Shown piece by piece: positions 33,295-40,221 of a stretch of 49,780 nucleotides of DNA. The notes under the pieces were generated by a model, which had not been told where the DNA came from, made no database searches, and saw nothing but the letters and a program-made list of their open reading frames with translations. Source of the DNA: an uncultured bacterium (lineage in GTDB: Bacteria > Armatimonadota > HRBIN16); contig CAKZNX010000162.1 in assembly GCA_937132045.1 (NCBI GenBank), positions 1 to 49,780 on the forward strand, in the 5' to 3' direction. Made by a program: the position numbers and the translations under genes. Each line of letters starts with the position of its first letter. The stretch's first letter is position 1.

Positions 33295-34113
33295 ATGATA
33301 GAAGTCGGGCAAGTGGTTTCCCTGCCGGATGTCGCCAACCAGGAGGATCAACGTCAGGTATTCATCCCGCAGGTGGGGGTTCGCGGTGTGCAACTGCCCG
33401 TGCGGGTTGCAGACGGAAGCGGTAATGACTTTCACACGGTGGCTTCGGTCGACTTCGCCGTCTCCCTTCAGCATAACCGCAAAGGCACACACATGAGTCG
33501 CCTGATGCAGATTCTGGATGAAACGGCGCAGTTACCTCTCTCGCTCGCGGAGGTGCAGCGAATGCTGGACCGCGCCCGAGACATGCTCGATGCCGACCGC
33601 GCCGAGGTCACCATGCGTTTCAAATACTTCCTCCGCAAGCGTGCTCCGATTACCGGCGCATCGGGCTGGCTGGACGCCGACGCCGAGTGGTCGGTAACGC
33701 TGAATAACGGCACCTCTACCCGTATCGTGCGCCTGGCGGTGCCGGTCAAATCGCTCTGCCCGTGCAGTAAGCAGATTGCCGTGTATGGCGCACACAATCA
33801 GCGGGCTTATGTGCGTGTGGAGCTGGAGTTGTTGCCATCAGCGCCGGAATTAGACATGGACAGGCTGTTCCGTCTGCTGGAGGAACAGGGCAGCAGCCCG
33901 TTGTATCCTGTACTGAAACGACCGGACGAGAAGTTTGTTACCGAATCCGCTTATGATAATGCGAAATTCGTGGAGGACATCCTGCGCGATACAGTACTTG
34001 CTCTCAGGCAGATGCCAGGTCTACGGCGGTTCAGAGCGGAATGCGAATCGGTAGAATCGATACACAATCACAACGCCTTTGCCGCTACCGAGGAGTGGCT
34101 TTCGCCCTTGTAA
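33295..34113 (+). CDS. folE2: GTP cyclohydrolase FolE2 (type IB)
   Basis: LPDVANQ, GTHMSRLMQIL, KSLCPCSKQI and AHNQRAYV. Confidence 0.85.
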   Translation: MIEVGQVVSLPDVANQEDQRQVFIPQVGVRGVQLPVRVADGSGNDFHTVASVDFAVSLQHNRKGTHMSRLMQILDETAQLPLSLAEVQRMLDRARDMLDADRAEVTMRFKYFLRKRAPITGASGWLDADAEWSVTLNNGTSTRIVRLAVPVKSLCPCSKQIAVYGAHNQRAYVRVELELLPSAPELDMDRLFRLLEEQGSSPLYPVLKRPDEKFVTESAYDNAKFVEDILRDTVLALRQMPGLRRFRAECESVESIHNHNAFAATEEWLSPL

Positions 34114-35237
34114 TCGGACTGCTGTGCGTTCCTCCGGGGAGGGCGCGCGAGGAGACCGCCCTCCCCACTCCCCCGCGCTCTATCAGCGTTCCCTATCAGA
34201 CCGGCGTTTACGAAGTGCAGTTGCTACCAGCCCTTTTTCCCAACAACGATGCGGTCATCCTGACCCCAAGGCTCGGCACGCTCTCCGGTGCGCAAAGCGA
34301 CCCGAAGCATGGCTGGCGTTTCACCGTCGCCTGCTACGGTTACTTCCGCAACGACCACCTCTCTCAGCCGGAGCTGCGCTTTCGCGTGTACGCGCAGGCG
34401 GTGGATGACCTCCCGCAAGCACAAAGGGTGTGCCGATTGCTTCTGCGTCTTCAGCAAATCGCATGGCAAAGAGTGCGCCTGCAGGTGAACCTTCAGGGCG
34501 AACGAGTGTTGAACGTGTGGCTGTGTCGGCAGGGTAATGCTGGCGGTGAGCAGTGGCGTAACAACCTCTATATCTACTCGGTGCAGGAGCTTCACTCCCC
34601 CGTCGAGTGGGTGCGCGAAGTGGCCCACGAGTTCTCACACGCGCTCTTTCCGGGCATCACCGGCTATACGCTTCCCGAGCCGTGGGCGAACGGCTATCTG
34701 GGCGAACGACTTCTCATGACGTGGATCGCGCCGCTGGCAGAGAGCGGCAGTCTGACCACCGACGACCTGTGCGGAGCCTCCGCACCGGATGTCCGCAACT
34801 TCGTCGCTCAGCGCTGTCTGCCACTGCGCAATCGCTGGCTGACGGAGGGTTTTCCGAAAGAGGGCTTCACCAGAACGGACGCCTCCGGGATGGCTACTCT
34901 GATCGGCTTCGTCCTGTATCTGGATAGCGTGTACGGTAGCAGCACCCTGCGCGCCACCTTCGCGAGGCTGGCTGAACCGCACGCAACGGCGCTATGGAAA
35001 GCGTTTACCGAATCTGTGAAGGAAGCTGACGAGGTCACCATCCTTCCTCCTGACAGGGCATCTGCTCTGTGGTTGCCTGCAGGCACCTGGCAGGTAGACA
35101 GCACCGACAGGAAGGCGCTTCTGGAGCAGGGCAAGCATCGCTGGCAGGTGTCGCAACCGCGCTGGCGGCTGCCCGGTGATGGGTGGTACAGGCTGACCAG
35201 TAACGCGCCGGTGCGCCTGCGCCGCCAGAACCCCTAG
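34041..35237 (+). CDS. Hypothetical secreted protein with an HExxH motif (putative zinc metallopeptidase)
   Basis: A hydrophobic N-terminal segment VAFALVIGLLCVPPGRA and VREVAHEFSHALFPG. ATG 34041 would overlap folE2 by 73 nt, with a poor SD. The alternative GTG 34095 is also weak, so the start is uncertain. Confidence 0.65.
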   Translation: MRIGRIDTQSQRLCRYRGVAFALVIGLLCVPPGRAREETALPTPPRSISVPYQTGVYEVQLLPALFPNNDAVILTPRLGTLSGAQSDPKHGWRFTVACYGYFRNDHLSQPELRFRVYAQAVDDLPQAQRVCRLLLRLQQIAWQRVRLQVNLQGERVLNVWLCRQGNAGGEQWRNNLYIYSVQELHSPVEWVREVAHEFSHALFPGITGYTLPEPWANGYLGERLLMTWIAPLAESGSLTTDDLCGASAPDVRNFVAQRCLPLRNRWLTEGFPKEGFTRTDASGMATLIGFVLYLDSVYGSSTLRATFARLAEPHATALWKAFTESVKEADEVTILPPDRASALWLPAGTWQVDSTDRKALLEQGKHRWQVSQPRWRLPGDGWYRLTSNAPVRLRRQNP

Positions 35238-36766
35238 TTGCCCGGCTGTGAGGGGTTGATGGATGGCGGAGTGGAAACAGGCGGAGTGCTGGTAACGGTT
35301 ACCTTTACGCTCTTCGTAACCACCTGTCCAAGGTCATTGGTGGCGGTAAGCGTGTAGGTGGTGTCCTGCGTTGGCGAGACGGTGGCTTCGCCCTGCGGAC
35401 TGACCTCCCCCACACCGTTGTCTATGGTCACCCGAGACGCTGCTTGCGCCCTCCACTTCAGCACCACGTTCCCGCCAGCGGTGATCACCGACGGCTCCGC
35501 GCGGAACTCCAGCACCTCCAGCGCGTTGGGGTCGCGCACCTTCACCGTCACACTCTTCTCCACCTTGCGCCCGGCGGTGTTAATCGCCACCAGCGTGTAA
35601 GTGGTGGTCACAGCAGGCGTGTCGCGAACGGAATTGAGCAGTGGGTCCAGCTCGCCGACCGGGCTGAGCAGAAGTTTGGTCGCGTTTTGAACCTGCCAGC
35701 TGAGAATGACCGGTTCTCCCTTTGTCACCTGCGCAGGCTCTGCTTTGAACGACACAATGGCAGGCGGTGGAGGCTCCGGGGCTGGTTGCACGGTCAATAC
35801 CACTTCCGACTCCTGCACCCCGCCTCGTCCTCGCGCCACCAAGCGGTAGGTGGTGGTCTGTGATGGCACGACCTGCCTGCTGCCCGCGTTTTCCTTCACC
35901 ACGCCGATATCCGGCGTGATGCTGATCTCCGAGGCGTTCGTCACATGCCAGCGCAGGATGGCGGTACCGCCCTGCTGGATGTTAGATGGCTCGACCGAGA
36001 ACTCCAGCACTTCCACGGGCTTCGGACGTGTGAAAGCCCACGCCGCGAGCATCAGCGCGAATATGCCCACCAGGCTCAACGTCATCGGGGATAGCAATGG
36101 GCGTGTGTACAGCTGCCCCTGCGTATGTGCCGCCACATAGCCGTTATCCACACAGCGCGCGGTGACGGTGAACGATGCCAGCTGACTGCGCCCTATCATC
36201 GCCCGGCGCGAGGGTTCCGCGCTGAGCATCACCGACGCTGAACCTCCAGCCTGCAGATTCAGCACCTCGCGGTCAAAGGTGTACACGCCGATGTCGTCCG
36301 TATCGCTCGCGTACAGGCGTACGTCCAGCGGCGTATTGCCCAGGTTGTGCACGGTCACCTCGAACTCGGTTACGGGACGCCAGTACGTGCACACTCCGCG
36401 GCGAGGATATATCTCCACCGAAAGCGCCGAGAACGGCTCGACCATCAGTGTTACGGGTGCCACCGCCGTATCGCCTGTCTCCAACGAGCGCGCTCGCACC
36501 ACGAACGGATAGGCGCCGGCCGTGCTCTCACTGCGTCGGGGTACCTTTAGAAGGATTTTCTCGGTGCGGCGGGCGCCCGGGTCCAGAGTCACAGAAGGAA
36601 CGGGAATCGCCACCCATTCGTAATCAAGACCCTCCACCTCCAGCCCAATAGTGTCCGGCTGGTTCGAGCCGTTCACGACCTGAACCTGTAGTGTCGCTGT
36701 GCCTCCGGGGTCTATATGAATCTGGTCTTCCGAGAGATTCAGCTCTATTGTGGCATTGGCAGGCAT
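35234..36766 (-). CDS. Single-pass membrane protein: two NEW3/CARDB-like N-terminal domains, a TM segment, then three tandem Ig-like repeats
   Basis: 510 aa with no N-terminal signal peptide. IHIDPGGTATLQVQVVNGSNQPDTIGLEVEGLDYEWV.. TM LSLVGIFALMLAAWAF (aa ~230-246). Repeats aa 251-326, 336-410 and 417-491 (VLEFSVEPSNIQQGGTAILRWHV / IVSFKAEPAQVTKGEPVILSWQV / VLEFRAEPSVITAGGNVVLKWRA). Confidence 0.75.
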   Translation of the reverse strand: MPANATIELNLSEDQIHIDPGGTATLQVQVVNGSNQPDTIGLEVEGLDYEWVAIPVPSVTLDPGARRTEKILLKVPRRSESTAGAYPFVVRARSLETGDTAVAPVTLMVEPFSALSVEIYPRRGVCTYWRPVTEFEVTVHNLGNTPLDVRLYASDTDDIGVYTFDREVLNLQAGGSASVMLSAEPSRRAMIGRSQLASFTVTARCVDNGYVAAHTQGQLYTRPLLSPMTLSLVGIFALMLAAWAFTRPKPVEVLEFSVEPSNIQQGGTAILRWHVTNASEISITPDIGVVKENAGSRQVVPSQTTTYRLVARGRGGVQESEVVLTVQPAPEPPPPAIVSFKAEPAQVTKGEPVILSWQVQNATKLLLSPVGELDPLLNSVRDTPAVTTTYTLVAINTAGRKVEKSVTVKVRDPNALEVLEFRAEPSVITAGGNVVLKWRAQAASRVTIDNGVGEVSPQGEATVSPTQDTTYTLTATNDLGQVVTKSVKVTVTSTPPVSTPPSINPSQPGN

Positions 36767-36840
36767 AAGTGGCTACCCCTCGCGTTCCCGTTTGAACGAA
36801 AAGACAGAAAAAAGCGGTACACGCGCCGCCCTCCACCGCA

Positions 36841-36869
36841 ATTATACGGGACTGCAGGTGAAAAATCAA
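36841..36869 (-). promoter_or_regulatory. Candidate sigma70 promoter upstream of the 510-aa gene
   Basis: Minus strand: -35 TTGATT (comp. 36864-36869), 17-nt spacer, -10 TATAAT (comp. 36841-36846). Confidence 0.55.
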
Positions 36870-36874
36870 GCACG

Positions 36875-37471
36875 TTAGAAACCGACCGGCAGGGAGAAAC
36901 CGCCACCGCTACCCGAGCGGAACAGCGCCTCCACCACTGCGTGAAGCGCCCCAGTACCCACAAACAGGGCGACACCGAGAGCAACGCCCACGATAACGGC
37001 TAGCGCATACCACCCTGCGCCGCCTGCCCGCTTCCCGAAACCCGCTGCGGATAGTGGCGCAAAGGGAAACGCCAGCAGGTATACAATGGCACTCTGCTGG
37101 TTCAACACCTTCAGGGGCAGAGCCAGCAAGTATATCGGCAGGCAGAACACGAACGTGACCAGCGCGGTGTATACCGTGAGCAGCAGGAACGCCACCGCCG
37201 CCGCCATCACGGGATGCGACCGGAAGAAGGCAACGTCGCGCAACTGCTCGGGAATGTTGACAGGGGTTACCTGAGGTTCGATGCCGGAGACAGCCTTTAG
37301 CCCCCGCGACGCCATCTCCTCCAGAATGGCGTGGTATCTCTCCGGATACTGCAGGACGTCAATATGGAAATACACATCCTGCAGCTCCTCGTCGGTGCAC
37401 GAGGCGAGCATCCGGCGATACTCCCTCAGCACACGCCATGATTCCTTTTGACGCGCACCGACTGCCGACAT
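36875..37471 (-). CDS. Hypothetical membrane protein (soluble N-terminal ~70 aa plus 4 predicted TM segments)
   Basis: 198 aa. ..CTDEELQDVYFHIDVLQYPERYHAILEEMASRG.. followed by hydrophobic segments. I recognise no family. Confidence 0.65.
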   Translation of the reverse strand: MSAVGARQKESWRVLREYRRMLASCTDEELQDVYFHIDVLQYPERYHAILEEMASRGLKAVSGIEPQVTPVNIPEQLRDVAFFRSHPVMAAAVAFLLLTVYTALVTFVFCLPIYLLALPLKVLNQQSAIVYLLAFPFAPLSAAGFGKRAGGAGWYALAVIVGVALGVALFVGTGALHAVVEALFRSGSGGGFSLPVGF

Positions 37472-37586
37472 TTCATCCCCATTCTACGCGAAACGGGCAC
37501 ATCAGGTCAACTCATCACGCCCCACACAGGATTCCTTCCGGTTCCGGCGAAAACGTCTCGTGAAACGTTTAAGAGGAGGCTGGGCA

Positions 37587-40058
37587 ATGAAGTGCATGGT
37601 GATGTTGGGACTGCTGGCGGTAGCATTGCCTCTCCTCGCAGCGCCCAACATGCTTCTCGATGGAGGCTTCGAGGCGGGCGGACGCGGCTGGTCGCTCTCC
37701 GCCGAGGCTCAAATCGTCAGCGATGGCGCCCGGGAGGGACGAAACTGTCTTCGTATATCGGCTCAAACCCGCGGATGGACCACCTCCGCGCAGGACTGCG
37801 TGCTGCCGAGGGGCGCTCGGAGGGTGCGACTCTCTGGCTGGATGCGCACTCAGGACGTGAAGGCTGGCGACAATCCGTGGGAAAAGGCACGCCTGCAGGT
37901 CATCTTCTACAGCCCAGACGGCGAGCTCGTTGGAGGCTATCCGCCTGGCATCGACGTCGATGGCACCACCGGCTGGACCTTTCACGCCCGGGATTACGAG
38001 GTGCCAGCAGGTGCTGCGCGCGTGTCGTTCATTGCGGGTTTACATAACGCCACTGGTAGCGTATGGTTCGACGACCTGCGATTGGAGGCGCTCGATATGG
38101 AGGCAAACCCGATTCAGCCTGTTACCGAGTCCAGAACCGACACCAGCAGGTGGTATCCGCTGGACACCACTCGCGATGACTACACGAAACCGGCGGTGGT
38201 AAACCTCTCTCGCTACCTGCATCGCCCCGCTGGCAAACACGGTTTCCTGACGGTCCGCGGTGGCGGGTTCGTCTTCCGAGATGGCACCCCGGTGCGCTTC
38301 TGGGGAGTGAATATCGTGGCAGGTAACGTGTTCATGGACAGGACTACGGCCGAGCGAACCGCCGCTCGCCTTGCCAAGTTCGGCTGTAACATGGTGCGTC
38401 TGCACCACATGGACGCCAGCTGGGCTCAGCCCAACATCTTCGGCAACCATCCAACCAGCACGCTCAATCTGTCGCCCGAGATGCTGGACCGGCTGGACTA
38501 TTTCATCTATCAGTGCAAGCGCCACGGCATCTATATCTACATGGACCTGCTGGTACACCGCAAATTCCTGCGCGACGACGGCGTGCGCGATTGGGAGCGG
38601 CTGGAGAACGGCGCCAAAATCGCGGCACACTACAACCGCCGACTGATCGAACTGCAGAAGAAATACGCACACGACCTGCTTACCCATTACAACCCCTACA
38701 CCAAGACCCGCTACGTGGACGAACCGACCATCGCCATGATGGAGATTATCAACGAGAGCACGCTGTTCTGGGCAGGCGGATACAACACCCTGCCACCCTC
38801 TTACATTCAGGAGATCAACAACCTTTTCACGGAATGGTGCGACAGGCGCGGAATCAGCCGTCCGACAGGCAGTGTGCCCGACCTGCTGCGCGCCCGCAAC
38901 ACCACTGTCGGGCGATTCCTGTATGAGCTTCAGACGAGCACCTACAGGGAGATTTACGACTACCTGCGCTCGATCGGGGTGAAGGTGCCCATCGCCGGCA
39001 GTAACCACTGGGAGAACTGGGTCGGCGATGTGCTATCGAACGCGCAGCTGGACTACATCGACCGGCACGCCTACTGGGACCACCCGCAGGGCGGCTACTC
39101 CCCCACCAATCGGTTCAACAACAGCCCCATGATCAAACAGCCCTCCGGCTCCATCATCACCTGGATGGGGCGCCAGCAAATAGAGGACATGCCCTTCATC
39201 GTTACCGAGTGGAACAACTGCTGGATGAACGAGTGGATTTCGGAGGCGCCCCTGCCGATGTCGGCATACGGTGCTCTGCAGGACTGGGACGGTATCCTGC
39301 AGTTCGACTACTCGGGCGCAGACTGGGCCCCGCGCATGGAGGGCAGTTTCAATTTCGGTAACAAACCGCACGTGATGGCTGCATGGGTGCCCGCGGCGCT
39401 GGTCTTTCATCGCGGCGATGTACCCACGACATCCAGCACCTTCATCTACGGCTTCAAGGACGCCGATGACTGGCTCCTGCGTCCAATGGGTGACATTATC
39501 CCCGGCGGACTAATGCTGATGCAGCGCGTCGCCTGCAGGAAAGATGCGCCACAGTCGCCCCTGCCAACGGTGCCGAATGACACCTTCGTGAGCCAGCACG
39601 GGCTATTACGCTGGACGCGCGAGGGGGTGTTCACCATCAACGCGCCGCGCACACAGGGGGCGGTCGGCTTCATCGGCGGCAAGCCGGTGGACTGCGACAA
39701 CGCGCGTATCGAGGCGCAGACACCCTTCTGCCAGGTGGTGCTGACCAGCCTTGACGACCAGCCGTTGACTCGTTCACGGCGCATCCTGCTGACCGCTGTG
39801 GCGCGTGCTGAGAACACCGGGCAGGTGTACAATCCATCGCGCACCACACTGCTCGACGAAGGCAGGAGCCCCATCCTGATGGAACCGGTGGAGGCGAAAG
39901 TCACGCTGAAGGGCGTCCGTGCCACAAGGGTTCACGTGCTGGACCATCGCGGGCGACGCACGGGCAGGACATTGCCAATCACGAACGGCGCCTTTACCAT
40001 CGGCAACGAGCGCACATTTTGGTACGAGATCGAGACGTCGCCCACAGTGAGACGCTGA
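37587..40058 (+). CDS. Secreted clan GH-A (GH5-like) TIM-barrel glycosidase with an N-terminal CBM-like beta-sandwich
   Basis: Signal peptide MKCMVMLGLLAVALPLLA/A. CBM-like LLDGGFEAGGRGWSL...VWFDDLRLE. VRFWGVNIV, FGCNMVRLHHMD, IAMMEIINES (acid/base) and PFIVTEWN (nucleophile). AGGAGG lies before ATG 37587. Confidence 0.7.
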   Translation: MKCMVMLGLLAVALPLLAAPNMLLDGGFEAGGRGWSLSAEAQIVSDGAREGRNCLRISAQTRGWTTSAQDCVLPRGARRVRLSGWMRTQDVKAGDNPWEKARLQVIFYSPDGELVGGYPPGIDVDGTTGWTFHARDYEVPAGAARVSFIAGLHNATGSVWFDDLRLEALDMEANPIQPVTESRTDTSRWYPLDTTRDDYTKPAVVNLSRYLHRPAGKHGFLTVRGGGFVFRDGTPVRFWGVNIVAGNVFMDRTTAERTAARLAKFGCNMVRLHHMDASWAQPNIFGNHPTSTLNLSPEMLDRLDYFIYQCKRHGIYIYMDLLVHRKFLRDDGVRDWERLENGAKIAAHYNRRLIELQKKYAHDLLTHYNPYTKTRYVDEPTIAMMEIINESTLFWAGGYNTLPPSYIQEINNLFTEWCDRRGISRPTGSVPDLLRARNTTVGRFLYELQTSTYREIYDYLRSIGVKVPIAGSNHWENWVGDVLSNAQLDYIDRHAYWDHPQGGYSPTNRFNNSPMIKQPSGSIITWMGRQQIEDMPFIVTEWNNCWMNEWISEAPLPMSAYGALQDWDGILQFDYSGADWAPRMEGSFNFGNKPHVMAAWVPAALVFHRGDVPTTSSTFIYGFKDADDWLLRPMGDIIPGGLMLMQRVACRKDAPQSPLPTVPNDTFVSQHGLLRWTREGVFTINAPRTQGAVGFIGGKPVDCDNARIEAQTPFCQVVLTSLDDQPLTRSRRILLTAVARAENTGQVYNPSRTTLLDEGRSPILMEPVEAKVTLKGVRATRVHVLDHRGRRTGRTLPITNGAFTIGNERTFWYEIETSPTVRR

Positions 40059-40082
40059 CAACCGTTTCGTGCAGGTAACCAG

Positions 40083-40113
40083 AGCGGTCCCCCCACAGGG
40101 ACCGCTTCTTTCC
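40083..40113 (+). terminator. Intrinsic terminator candidate
   Basis: AGCGGTCCC-cccaca-GGGACCGCT followed by TCTTTCC. Confidence 0.55.
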
Positions 40114-40142
40114 GCCATACGTCGCCACCGCCAGCGGTGGTG

Positions 40143-40172
40143 TTGACAGTGCCCCATCCCCTCCACTACAAT
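40143..40172 (+). promoter_or_regulatory. Candidate sigma70 promoter of the heparinase-like gene
   Basis: -35 TTGACA (40143-40148), 18-nt spacer, -10 TACAAT (40167-40172). Confidence 0.6.
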
Positions 40173-40221
40173 GAGAATCACCAGCGATAAACAGTCTTGA
40201 AGCCGAGAGGATAAAACAGTG

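Noticed and set aside
34041-34113. The 73-nt overlap between folE2 and the HExxH ORF, considered as a sign of a frameshifted or fused pseudogene.
   Set aside because: Both reading frames are intact with their own stops and unrelated sequence families. The overlap most likely reflects uncertainty in the downstream start codon.
35294-36016. Periodic repetition in the DNA that might be taken for a CRISPR-like or tandem-repeat array.
   Set aside because: It is the coding sequence of three diverged ~75-aa Ig-like protein repeats inside an intact ORF. There are no short identical direct repeats with unique spacers here or anywhere else in the window.
37549-37570. The direct repeat GAAAACGT...GAAACGTTT and the 8-bp palindrome AAACGTTT just upstream of the GH5-like gene's SD, considered as a LacI/CcpA-type operator.
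   Set aside because: It does not align to the cre/LacI 14-mer consensus when centred on the CG. An 8-bp palindrome is expected by chance many times in 50 kb.
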